Origin: Gemmatimonadales bacterium
Lineage (GTDB): Bacteria > Gemmatimonadota > Gemmatimonadetes > Gemmatimonadales > GWC2-71-9
Length of the DNA stretch: 64,000 nucleotides
Direction of reading: 5' to 3'
Assembly (NCBI GenBank): GCA_025937755.1
Contig: JAICQR010000001.1
Span: 1,542-65,541, forward strand
Shown here: in pieces, positions 1 to 8,551 of the stretch
How the letters are laid out: every line of letters begins with the position of its first letter
Numbering within the stretch: the stretch's first letter is position 1
Position numbers and translations under genes: made by a program
Notes under the pieces: generated by a model
The model's input: only the letters and a program-made list of their open reading frames with translations
Told to the model about the DNA's origin: nothing
Databases searched by the model: none

Positions 1-1195
1 AGCCCCGGGGCGGGAACGCGATGGTCCTGCCCTGTTCGGCGCTCTGATAGGCCGTCATCAGGATCTTCACTACCTCGAGCCCGTCATCGAAGGTCAGCAT
101 CGGAGCTTCCTTGCCCTGGAAGACCCGGACGAAGTGGCGATCCTCCGCCTCGTACCCGTACGCCATGCCTTCATTCGCGACCACCGGCATCAGGCCCATC
201 TCGGCGTTCTGCTTCTCGACCAGGTCCTCGCCCGCGCGCCCCTGCACTTCCCGGCTGAAGAAGAGGTTGAGCCCGCTGTCGAGCGAATTCCACTGCATCG
301 AGTACTCGGGCCCCAGCAGCTCGGCCGAGAGCCGGAGCCCGGCGCCGACGAAGCTCCAGGACGTGGATGCCTCGCCGATCACGGTCTCGCCATCGTTGGT
401 CTCGAATTCAATTGTTAGGCTGGCGAAGTCCTCCGACGGGCGCTTGAGATAGTCCACCGCCTTGCCCATCGTCCGTCGCAGTTGTTTTGCGTACTTGGGC
501 CGCGACCATTTGAGGCTGGCGATGTGTGCCGAGATCTGCTTCGGCATCACGGTAGAGAGCGGCTCGCCCGGCTTGGTGAGGAGGTGCCGCACTACCAGCG
601 CCGAGTGGCACATCATGTCGTTGAGGACGCCGCCACCCTGAAGGTTGCCCTGCCAGAACCATGGCATGTGGGGTCCGCTGTGCTCTTCGGAGGCGCGCGC
701 GAGGTAGGGGCGGCCGGTAAGACGCGCGCCCCGGGCCCATATCAGCTTGCGGCCCATCTCCACCTGGGGCGCGAAGAGCTGATTCTCGAGATACCCAGTG
801 GAGACGCCCACCCGCGTCGCGAGGTCGCGGACCTGCATCGCTTCGGCCACGTTGCGGCCCAGCGGCTTCTCGCAGGCGACGCCCTTGAGCTCGCCTCGGC
901 CGCGTTCGATGGTATCGACGATCTCCTCGAAGTTCTCCACCCGCGCCTGATTGGGCCCGCAAATCCAGAGCGCGTCGATCGCCGGGTCCGCCACCATGTC
1001 GGCGATGGAGCGATACGCCCTGGCGCGGCCGACGTCCATCTTCCGCGCCAGCGCCGCCGTCGCTGCGGCATTCTCGTAGTGCGGACTCCACACGCCGAGG
1101 ATGTCGGCATCACGCACGCCTACCCAGGCCCGGATATGAAACTGGGCATTGAACCCGCTGCCGACGAATCCGATTCCCAGACGCTTGTTTGGCAT
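1..1195 (-). CDS. Gfo/Idh/MocA family oxidoreductase (3' end beyond window)
   Basis: Absent from the ORF track because no stop lies in the window. Reverse-strand translation from ATG 1195..1193 reads MPNKRLGIGFVGSGFNAQFHIRAWVGVRDADILGVW... (Rossmann N-terminus of this family) and stays open to nt 1. It is the only minus frame here without listed ORFs. Confidence 0.8.
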   Translation of the reverse strand, partial: MPNKRLGIGFVGSGFNAQFHIRAWVGVRDADILGVWSPHYENAAATAALARKMDVGRARAYRSIADMVADPAIDALWICGPNQARVENFEEIVDTIERGRGELKGVACEKPLGRNVAEAMQVRDLATRVGVSTGYLENQLFAPQVEMGRKLIWARGARLTGRPYLARASEEHSGPHMPWFWQGNLQGGGVLNDMMCHSALVVRHLLTKPGEPLSTVMPKQISAHIASLKWSRPKYAKQLRRTMGKAVDYLKRPSEDFASLTIEFETNDGETVIGEASTSWSFVGAGLRLSAELLGPEYSMQWNSLDSGLNLFFSREVQGRAGEDLVEKQNAEMGLMPVVANEGMAYGYEAEDRHFVRVFQGKEAPMLTFDDGLEVVKILMTAYQSAEQGRTIAFPPRG

Positions 1196-1210
1196 ATCGA
1201 TGCTCCTCAG

Positions 1211-1419
1211 ATTCCCGGAGAACTGTCATTCACAACGAAGAGACGAAGGACACGAAGGCGATCGAGTTAACCACAGAGCCACGGAGAACACGGAGGTATC
1301 GAGTGGTTGTTTTGTGGGCGTGCTGGACAGCACGTTGCCTCAGGATGGCGCCCACAATAGCGGCAGTTCTCCGTGAAGCTCCGTGAGCTCCGTGTCTCCG
1401 TGGTGAGTTCCCGGAACTG
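1211..1419. repeat. Composite palindromic intergenic element (copy A)
   Basis: Left arm CACAGAG/CACGGAG x3 (1272-1295). Core hairpin TTGTGGGCG 1312-1320 / CGCCCACAA 1349-1357. Right arm CTCCGTG x4 (1369-1402). Outer direct TTCCCGGA(G)AACTG at 1211 and 1408. Same architecture and TTTGTGGG...CCCACAA core as 14738, 36561 and 37741. Confidence 0.7.
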
Positions 1420-1433
1420 CGCGAACGATGCAC

Positions 1434-2009
1434 TCAGCTGTACGAAACACCCAGCTTGCGCAGCTGGGGCTCGGGGCAGCCTTCCCACGACGCGTTGGCC
1501 ACGTTGCCGCGGTAGCCGAGGTCTTCCACCCCCATGCGGCTGGACCAGAAGCCCGACGCGCAGAGATTGCGGAAGCGGTTGAAGAACTCCACTCCGTCCT
1601 CCATCCCTGCCGGCGCCTTCCTGGGCCACGCGATGTCATTCACGATGGCCAGCTGCTGCTCGGCCGTCAGCGTCGCAAATGCCGAAGTGAACCGCTTCTG
1701 CGATTCGGTGTCGAGCCAGGTCAGCCCGGCGCGCAGCTGCTCGCCGCTCTCGGTCCGCTCGCCCATCATGAAGTCGATGAAGGCCGGCACCCCGGCATCG
1801 GTGGCGCTGCCGGAGCGATCATCCTTGGGAATCACGATGTCGGCCAGCACCCCGACTGTGCGCCACTCCTCCGGCGTGAAGAACGTCGGCACGTAGTCCT
1901 TGGCCGCCTCGGCCGCCTTCGCTGCGCGCTCCACATCATCCGCGGTACATCCCACCAGGCCCACGGTGGTGGCCAGACCGAGGATCCCCAGCGCCTGCCG
2001 CCGGTTCAT
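1434..2009 (-). CDS. Gluconate 2-dehydrogenase subunit 3-like small subunit with TAT signal
   Basis: ORF 1434..2066 trimmed to Met20 (MNRRQALGILGLATTVGLVGC, twin-arginine). FFTPEEW..ADIVIPKDD..GVPAFIDF motif. A 5-nt gap (2010-2014) separates its start from the GMC stop. Confidence 0.75.
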   Translation of the reverse strand: MNRRQALGILGLATTVGLVGCTADDVERAAKAAEAAKDYVPTFFTPEEWRTVGVLADIVIPKDDRSGSATDAGVPAFIDFMMGERTESGEQLRAGLTWLDTESQKRFTSAFATLTAEQQLAIVNDIAWPRKAPAGMEDGVEFFNRFRNLCASGFWSSRMGVEDLGYRGNVANASWEGCPEPQLRKLGVSYS

Positions 2010-2014
2010 GTCGC

Positions 2015-3703
2015 TCACAGGGCACCCGCCTTCCGCTGCTCGACGATGTAGTCGGCGGTACGCCACGCCAGCGCCATGATGGTCCAGGTGGGGTTCTTGT
2101 CCGCCTGCGACACGAAAGGGCCGCCATCGGCGACGAAGAGATTGTCCACGTCGTGCGCCTGCCCGTTGGGACTCACCACCGATCGCGATGGATCAGTGCC
2201 CATCCGGGTGGTGCCCATCTCGTGGATGATCCGCCCGCCGGTTGCGATGCCATACCCCGATTCCTTTGTCGGCATCGACGAGAACACAGTGCCACCCATC
2301 TGGTCGATAAGCGCCCGGAAAGTCTCCTGCATGTGCTTCACCTGCAGGCGCTCGTGATCGCTCCACTCCCAGTGGAAGCGCAGCACTGGAATACCCCACT
2401 TGTCCTTCGCCTCCGGATCGAGCTCACAGTAGGACTTGTCGTTGGGTACCATCTCGCCCCGGCCCGAGAATCCGATCGTCGTGCCGTAGAGCCGCCGGTA
2501 TGAGTCCTTGAGCGCCACGCCATGACCGCCGAAGTCGGGATACGATTCGATGCCACCCATGAATCCATACGACGGCACTCCGCGTCCGCCCCAGACCTCG
2601 ATGTGATATCCCCGTGGAAAGTCGAGCTTCCGGTTGTCGAGCCACCAGGGACAATAGAGGTGACCGCCGCCCACCCCGTCCTCATTGTGGGCAAAGCTGT
2701 CCATCAGCTTCGGAATGAAGCCCGCGACATCGGTGCCGGTGGTGTCGGTGAGATACTTGCCCACCACGCCGCTGGAGTTGGCCAGCCCCTGGGGGAACGC
2801 GGATGACTTCGAGTTGAGCAGCAGGCGGGCGGATTCGCAGGCGCTGGCGGCCAGCACCACCACCCGGGCCTGCACATGCTGATCGGCGCCGCTGGTCTTG
2901 TCGATGTACGACACGCCATTGGCTCGGCCATCGCTGCCCAGCGTCACTTCGCGCGCCATGGCGTTGGTGCGAAGCGTGAGCTTGCCGGTTTCGAGCGCCG
3001 GCCCGATCAGGACATTGGTGGACGAGAAATTGGAGTTGGTGCGGCAGCCGCGGTTGCACTGCCCGCAATAGTGGCACGCGGCCCGCCCGTTGTGAGGCTG
3101 GGTGATGATGCTGAGCCGGGCCGGGATACAGGTGACGTCCAGCGCATCGCATGCCTGCTTCACCAGCAGCTCGTAGCAGCGCGGCCTGGGCGCGGGCAGA
3201 AAGTGTCCGTCGGGCTCGTTGGGTAAATTCTCAACGCTGCCGAAGATTCCCACCAGGTCGTCCACCCGGTCGTAGTAGGGCCGCACGTCGTCGTAGGTGA
3301 TGGGCCAGTTGTCGCCCAGCCCATCGATGCTCTTTCGCCGGAAGTCATTGGGCCCGAACCGCAGCGAAATCCGCCCCCAGTGATTGGTGCGGCCGCCCAC
3401 CATCCGCGCCCGCCACCAGTCGAACGACGAACCCGGTGCCCGGGTGTATGGTTCGCCCTCGATATCCCAGCCGCCGATGCAGGCGTCAAACTCCCCGAAC
3501 GGCCGCTCCTTGGTCGACGCGCCTCGCCTGGGTGAATCGTAGGGCCAGGCCAGCATCGCCGAGTCGGTGCTCATGTTGTCCCACGGGCCGCCGGCCTCGA
3601 GCAGGACCACGTTGGCGCCGGCCTGCGTCAGCGCATAGGCGGCCATGCCACCTCCGGCGCCGGAGCCGACGATGCAGACGTCGTAGACGGTCTGTTGGGG
3701 CAA
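2015..3703 (-). CDS. GMC family FAD-dependent oxidoreductase (562 aa)
   Basis: YDVCIVGSGAGGGMAAYAL FAD fold. C-terminal HEMGTTRMG...NLFVADGGPF GMC signature. TTG start. No signal peptide of its own. Confidence 0.85.
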   Translation of the reverse strand: MPQQTVYDVCIVGSGAGGGMAAYALTQAGANVVLLEAGGPWDNMSTDSAMLAWPYDSPRRGASTKERPFGEFDACIGGWDIEGEPYTRAPGSSFDWWRARMVGGRTNHWGRISLRFGPNDFRRKSIDGLGDNWPITYDDVRPYYDRVDDLVGIFGSVENLPNEPDGHFLPAPRPRCYELLVKQACDALDVTCIPARLSIITQPHNGRAACHYCGQCNRGCRTNSNFSSTNVLIGPALETGKLTLRTNAMAREVTLGSDGRANGVSYIDKTSGADQHVQARVVVLAASACESARLLLNSKSSAFPQGLANSSGVVGKYLTDTTGTDVAGFIPKLMDSFAHNEDGVGGGHLYCPWWLDNRKLDFPRGYHIEVWGGRGVPSYGFMGGIESYPDFGGHGVALKDSYRRLYGTTIGFSGRGEMVPNDKSYCELDPEAKDKWGIPVLRFHWEWSDHERLQVKHMQETFRALIDQMGGTVFSSMPTKESGYGIATGGRIIHEMGTTRMGTDPSRSVVSPNGQAHDVDNLFVADGGPFVSQADKNPTWTIMALAWRTADYIVEQRKAGAL

Positions 3704-3706
3704 GGT

Positions 3707-3734
3707 GATTAGGGGTTAGGGATTAGGGGTTAGC
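3707..3734. repeat. Heptamer tandem array (GATTAGG/GGTTAGG x4)
   Basis: GATTAGG GGTTAGG GATTAGG GGTTAGC fills the 31-nt gap between two co-directional CDS. Confidence 0.9.
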
Positions 3735-4616
3735 TCAGGACGAACACACGGTGATTGCCTGCCGCAGTCCTGCCTGCCAGTCCCGCGTCGGTATGAACTC
3801 ATGAGCCAGGTAGCCGGTGAAGCCGGTCGCGGTGATGGCGCGGGCGATGGCGCCGTACTGAAGTTCCTGGTTGTCGTCCAGCTCGTGCCGGCCCGGGTTG
3901 CCGGCGGTGTGATAGTGCGCGATGTGCTGATGATGGTCCCGGATGGTGCGGATGACATCGCCTTCCATCACCTGCATGTGGTAGATGTCGTACAGCAGCT
4001 TGACCCTCGGTGACGCAACCGCTTCGGCGACAGCCACCCCGAACGCCGTCGTGTCACCCTGGTAGTCCTTGTGGTCCACCTTGCTGTTGAGCATCTCGAC
4101 ACAGAGCGTCACGCCGGCATCCTCTGCGCTGCGCTTCATCCGGTCGAAGCACTCCACCGCGTTGGCGATGCCCTCCTCCTCGCTCCGCCCATCCCTGTTG
4201 CCGAACAGGACGATGAGGTTGGGCACATCCGCCTTCACCGCGAGTGGCAACGCGGTCTCCACTTCCTGCACCATCACGTCGTGCACCGAGCGATCGCAGA
4301 GTCCCCGCGTCAGGTAGTCGGGCCGCCTGCTGGTGTTCCCCATCGAGCAGGTCAGCCCGTGATGCGCCACCACCGGCCACTGATCGGCATGGAGCAGATC
4401 CACCGCAACCAGCCCCATCTCCTTCGCCGCGACAGCGAACTCGTCCAGCGGCACATCGCTGAAGGGCCAGTAGCAGGCCGACTGCCTGAATCCGGTGGTG
4501 CGCGTGCCCGCTGCGTCCTCGCCATCCGGAGCCTGCGGGCAGGCGGCCGCGGGCAACGCGAGTCCCGCGGCCGCAGTTGCGCCCGCGAGTGCCGTCAACG
4601 CCCGGCGGCGATCCAT
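3735..4616 (-). CDS. Hydroxypyruvate isomerase-like sugar phosphate isomerase/epimerase (TIM barrel), TAT signal
   Basis: MDRRRALTALAGATAAAGLALPAAA twin-arginine leader. ...LLYDIYHMQVMEGD...IAHYHTAGNPGRHELD motif typical of Hyi-like TIM barrels. Confidence 0.8.
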   Translation of the reverse strand: MDRRRALTALAGATAAAGLALPAAACPQAPDGEDAAGTRTTGFRQSACYWPFSDVPLDEFAVAAKEMGLVAVDLLHADQWPVVAHHGLTCSMGNTSRRPDYLTRGLCDRSVHDVMVQEVETALPLAVKADVPNLIVLFGNRDGRSEEEGIANAVECFDRMKRSAEDAGVTLCVEMLNSKVDHKDYQGDTTAFGVAVAEAVASPRVKLLYDIYHMQVMEGDVIRTIRDHHQHIAHYHTAGNPGRHELDDNQELQYGAIARAITATGFTGYLAHEFIPTRDWQAGLRQAITVCSS

Positions 4617-4626
4617 ATCCTGGCCC

Positions 4627-5466
4627 TCAGTCCCTGAGCCCCTTCAGATATTCGTAACTCACCCGAATGCTCTCCAGCGGATCGGCCGGCTCGTCGTGCT
4701 CCACGAAGTAATGCCTGATGCCGGCCTGGTCTCGCGCAGCAAAAATCCGGATCCAGTCGATGGCGCCCTCGCCCACGGCCACCATCCTGCCGTCACTGGT
4801 CATGTCCTTCACGTGCACCAGCGGAAAGCGACCGGGCCAGCGCCGGAAATAGTCCAGTGGATCCTTGCCCCCCTTGGTGATCCAGTAAATGTCCATCTCG
4901 AACTGGACCGCCGGATCGCACGCCTCCAGCAGTACATCGTACGGCAGCCGGCCTTCCACAAGGGCAAACTCGAAGTCATGGTTGTGGTAGGCAAACGTGA
5001 CACCGCGCTGGCGCGCCTCGAGCGCCGCCTTGCTGAACAGCGCCGCAATACGCTCGAGGTCCGCAAGGCTGGCGCGATCAGCTTCGGCCAGCCACGCCAC
5101 CACCAGGTAACGATGCCCTGCCGTCTCGGCGTCATCGAGCGTGGCGGCCCAGTTGTCGCGCACCGCTTCGATGGGGATGTGCGCTGCCGGTGCGGTGAGC
5201 CCGTTGGCGTCGAGGATCCTGCGGATCTCGGTGGCGGGGCGGTCGTAGTACCCCGCGAACTCCACTTCCCTGTAGCCGATGGCCGCGATCCGGGCCAGCG
5301 TACCCTCGAAGTCGTCCTTCAGCAGCGAACGTACGGTGTAGAGCTGCACGCCGATGCGGTCGAGCAACGCCGCCTCGCTTCCACACCCGCGCATGCTCGC
5401 CGGCAACGCCAGTGTAGCGAGCCCGGCGCCGGTCAGCGCCACGAACTGGCGCCGGTCAAAGTTCAT
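4627..5466 (-). CDS. Sugar phosphate isomerase/epimerase (xylose isomerase-like TIM barrel), TAT signal
   Basis: MNFDRRQFVALTGAGLATLALPAS leader. IGVQLYTVR...IGYREVEFAGYY family N-terminus. Overlaps the upstream GMC stop by 11 nt. Confidence 0.8.
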   Translation of the reverse strand: MNFDRRQFVALTGAGLATLALPASMRGCGSEAALLDRIGVQLYTVRSLLKDDFEGTLARIAAIGYREVEFAGYYDRPATEIRRILDANGLTAPAAHIPIEAVRDNWAATLDDAETAGHRYLVVAWLAEADRASLADLERIAALFSKAALEARQRGVTFAYHNHDFEFALVEGRLPYDVLLEACDPAVQFEMDIYWITKGGKDPLDYFRRWPGRFPLVHVKDMTSDGRMVAVGEGAIDWIRIFAARDQAGIRHYFVEHDEPADPLESIRVSYEYLKGLRD

Positions 5467-7144
5467 TGCGCTTGATCAGTTCCACCGCGTGGTCCACCGC
5501 ACGCGCGGTGAGGGCCATGTAGGTGATCGAAGGGTTCTGGTTGCCGGATGACGCCATGCAGGCACCATCGGTCATGAAGAGATTCTCGACATCCCACGCC
5601 TGATTCCAGCCATTCAGCACGCTGGTCTTCGGGTCGCGGCCCATTCGCGCCGTGCCCATCTCGTGAATGGTCTTGCCCGGCGGGTTGTCGTCCACATACG
5701 CGTTGATGTCCTTCGCTCCTGCGGCCTCCAGCATCTCGGCCGCAGTGACCGACATATCCTGCAACTGGGCCTTTTCGTTCTCGCCCCAGGCGCAGCTGAT
5801 CCGGAGCGCGGGAATGCCCCACTTGTCCTTGAGTTCGGGGTCGATCGTGATCCGGTTGTCGGGATTGGGCAGGCACTCGCCAAATCCATAGAGTCCCATG
5901 CTCCAGCCGCCCGGCTCGAGCAGCGACTCCTTGAACTCGGCGCCGAAGCCCGCTTCCGCTCCGCGGCTCCACCAGCTGTCGCGGCCCGCACCGCCCTGGA
6001 AGCCGTAACCCCGGAGGAATCCCTTGTGCTGCTCCTTCACGTTGCGGAAGCGAGGGACGTAGACCCCGTTGGGACGCCGTCCGAAGGTGGTCTTGTCGAG
6101 GAACCCGTCGATCCGGCCCCGCGCGGCGCCACCCATCGTGTGGTCCATGAGATTGCGGCCCAGCTCGCCGCTCGAGTTGGCCAGCCCGTCGGGATAGTCA
6201 CTGCTGCTGGAGTTGAGCAGCAGCCTGGCACTCTCGAGTGCGGAGGCGCAGAGGAACACCAGCCTGCCCTCGACCTCGAACTCTTCCAGGGTGTTGCCGT
6301 CAATAACCCTCACCCCGCGCGCCCGTCGGGTGGCGGAGTCGTGCAGCACTTCCGCCACTACGCTGTCAGGGCGCACGGTGAGCCGGCCGGTCTTCTTCGC
6401 TGCCGGCAGCGTGCTGCCGATACTGTTGAAGTAGGAGTGGGTGATGCAGCCGCGCTCGCAGGGACCGCAGTAGTGACACGCTGCTCGGCCGTTGTGCACC
6501 TTCGTCAGGATCGCCGCGCGTCCGATGGTGAGCACCCGGTCCCGGCCCCAGGTCCGCTGCAGCGCGTCGCGCACATGCTGCTCGACGCAGTTGAGTTCCA
6601 TCGGCGGGAGGAACTGGCCGTCCGGCAGCTGCGGCAGTCCCTCGGGATTGCCGGTGATGCCGATGAACCGTTCGACATGGTCGTACCACGGCGCGATGTC
6701 GGCGTAGCGGATGGGCCAGTCGACGCCGTGGCCATCCTTGAGGTTGGCCTCGAAGTCGAGGTCGCTCAGGCGGTATACCTGACGGCCCCACATGATCGAG
6801 CGCCCACCCACCTGGCGGCCCCGCAGCCAGTCGAAGGGCTTCCCTTCGTCGGTGCTGTAGGGATTCTCGAGGTCGTTGACGAAGAACTTGGAGCCGTACT
6901 CGTCGCAGGCATAGCAGCGCCGCTGCACCGGCTGTTCCCGCTCCAACCGGGCGCGGTCGCCCCGTCCCCGGAACTTGACCTGCCATGGCTGCACGTGCTC
7001 GACATAGTCCTTGCTGGGAACGATGTCGCGCCCCGCCTCCAGCACGATGGTGCGAAGGCCCTTCTCGCACAGTTCCTTGGCAGCCCAGCCTCCGCTGATG
7101 CCGGAGCCGACGACGATGGCGTCGTACTTCTCCCGGCGGCGCAT
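5456..7144 (-). CDS. GMC family FAD-dependent oxidoreductase (562 aa)
   Basis: ORF 5456..7459 trimmed to Met106 (MRRREKYDAIVVGSGISGGWAAKEL). HEMGTARMG..NLFMTDGACM C-terminal signature. The start overlaps the upstream stop as TGATG. Confidence 0.85.
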   Translation of the reverse strand: MRRREKYDAIVVGSGISGGWAAKELCEKGLRTIVLEAGRDIVPSKDYVEHVQPWQVKFRGRGDRARLEREQPVQRRCYACDEYGSKFFVNDLENPYSTDEGKPFDWLRGRQVGGRSIMWGRQVYRLSDLDFEANLKDGHGVDWPIRYADIAPWYDHVERFIGITGNPEGLPQLPDGQFLPPMELNCVEQHVRDALQRTWGRDRVLTIGRAAILTKVHNGRAACHYCGPCERGCITHSYFNSIGSTLPAAKKTGRLTVRPDSVVAEVLHDSATRRARGVRVIDGNTLEEFEVEGRLVFLCASALESARLLLNSSSSDYPDGLANSSGELGRNLMDHTMGGAARGRIDGFLDKTTFGRRPNGVYVPRFRNVKEQHKGFLRGYGFQGGAGRDSWWSRGAEAGFGAEFKESLLEPGGWSMGLYGFGECLPNPDNRITIDPELKDKWGIPALRISCAWGENEKAQLQDMSVTAAEMLEAAGAKDINAYVDDNPPGKTIHEMGTARMGRDPKTSVLNGWNQAWDVENLFMTDGACMASSGNQNPSITYMALTARAVDHAVELIKRNEL

Positions 7145-7680
7145 CAGGCGGGCCTCGCGCTGGACCCGGGCCGGGTCATGTCCTCGCAGCCGCCGTAGCG
7201 GCCGGGCCAGATCTGGAACTTCAGCACGTCCTTCATGACCCGCTCGGACGTGAACCAGCCGAAGAGGGTCAGGTACTTGAACTCCCACCACGCGCCTGAT
7301 GCGGAGTCCTTGGCCCCTCTGGGCTGGGCTTCGAGTGCGCGTGCGGTGGCGGGGAGCGTTGCCGGTGTGGTGTCGATGGCGGCGAGACCGGTGAGCAGGA
7401 GATCGCGGTCGGCCGGCGTGAACCACTCGGCGAGAAGCAGATCGATCAGTTCGACGCACCCCACATCGAGCGCACCGGGCGTTTCAGTGCGGGGCATCAC
7501 CAGATCGGCGATGCGGGCGATGGCCTCGGCAGCCTCCCGGCTCAGCACCCGGAACGCTCCGCCCGACGTGCGGCGGTGCGCGTCGAGGCCCACGGCCCAG
7601 AGCCGTTCGCCTGGCAACGATGCCAGCGCCGACGTGGCACCGAGCGAGCCCAGCAGGCGAATTACGTCACGTCGCTGCAT
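7144..7680 (-). CDS. Gluconate 2-dehydrogenase subunit 3-like small subunit with TAT signal
   Basis: MQRRDVIRLLGSLGATSALASL twin-arginine leader. IADLVMPRTETPGALDVGCVELIDLLL family motif. Confidence 0.7.
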   Translation of the reverse strand: MQRRDVIRLLGSLGATSALASLPGERLWAVGLDAHRRTSGGAFRVLSREAAEAIARIADLVMPRTETPGALDVGCVELIDLLLAEWFTPADRDLLLTGLAAIDTTPATLPATARALEAQPRGAKDSASGAWWEFKYLTLFGWFTSERVMKDVLKFQIWPGRYGGCEDMTRPGSSARPA

Positions 7681-7775
7681 GTGACCTCGGTGAGAAATCC
7701 TGATGCAACTTGGCCGCAGGGCGCCGAGGCCGCTAGGGCCTCCCCACTTCCCACTTGTCCCCTTACAGTTCGCTC

Positions 7776-8513
7776 ATGCATATCACCCTCGAAGCCTGCG
7801 TTGACACCGTCCAGTCGGCCGAGACCGCCGAGGCCGGTGGTGCCGACCGGGTGGAGCTGTGCGACAGCCTGGTGGAAGGTGGAACCACGCCCAGCGCCGG
7901 TATGATGGCGGAGACCGTGGCTCGACTGCGGATACCGGTGTTCGCCATCATCCGTCCCCGCAGCGGCGACTTTCTCTACGGATCGCTGGAGATGGCGGTG
8001 ATGCTGCGCGATATCGAGGTGGCGCGCGCGTGCGGTGTGCTGGGCATCGTCACTGGCGCACTCACTCCCAATGCCGCTGTTGACCGCGACCGAACCCGTG
8101 CACTGGTGGAAGCAGCGGCACCGATGCCGGTGACGTTTCATCGGGCGTTCGATGCGTGCCGCCGGCTGGAGGAAGCGCTCGAGACCCTGGTGGAGCTGGG
8201 TATCGCCCGGATCCTGACATCGGGCCAGGGGGCTACCGCGCTCGAGGGCAGTGCCATGATCCGGCGGCTGGTTGAGCAGGCCGCTGGGCGGATCGGCATC
8301 ATCGCCGGCGGCGCCGTCCAGAGCGACCACGTCGCGAAACTGGTAGCCGATACCGGCGTTCGTGAAGTCCACGCCCGCGGCGCGGTGCCGGTGCCCAGCC
8401 CCATGATGTGGCGCCCCGATACGGTGTCGCTGGTCAAGCCGGTGCTCGACCGCGACGTCCGCCTGGTCACCGACGAAGGCGAAATGCGCCAACTGCGCGA
8501 TGCCCTTGGATAG
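7776..8513 (+). CDS. cutC: Copper homeostasis protein CutC
   Basis: ORF 7755..8513 trimmed to the first ATG (MHITLEACVDTVQSAETAEAGGADRVELCDSLVEGGTTPS...RILTSG), which reads as CutC family throughout. Confidence 0.85.
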   Translation: MHITLEACVDTVQSAETAEAGGADRVELCDSLVEGGTTPSAGMMAETVARLRIPVFAIIRPRSGDFLYGSLEMAVMLRDIEVARACGVLGIVTGALTPNAAVDRDRTRALVEAAAPMPVTFHRAFDACRRLEEALETLVELGIARILTSGQGATALEGSAMIRRLVEQAAGRIGIIAGGAVQSDHVAKLVADTGVREVHARGAVPVPSPMMWRPDTVSLVKPVLDRDVRLVTDEGEMRQLRDALG

Positions 8514-8519
8514 CGCGCA

Positions 8520-8551
8520 CTTACCGCCTTACCGCCCTACCTCCTTACCGA
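8520..8551. repeat. Octamer tandem array (CTTACCGC x4, degenerate)
   Basis: CTTACCGC CTTACCGC CCTACCTC CTTACCGA lies between convergent cutC and the M14 gene and overlaps the last M14 codons. Confidence 0.8.

Noticed and set aside
3707-3734. Telomere-like TTAGGG(G)/TTAGGGA repeats.
   Set aside because: Only four units sit inside a bacterial operon gap. They are part of the general heptamer-array phenomenon and not a chromosome end.
5663-7198. Long plus-strand ORF (511 aa) and similar long ORFs elsewhere: 11886-13373, 26398-27897, 28519-29871, 42738-43775, 45316-46932, 47063-48604, 54700-55974.
   Set aside because: Each lies antisense to or out of frame with a gene that has clear family motifs. 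Their translations are Arg/Pro/Ala/Gly-rich low-complexity strings typical of shadow ORFs in high-GC DNA.
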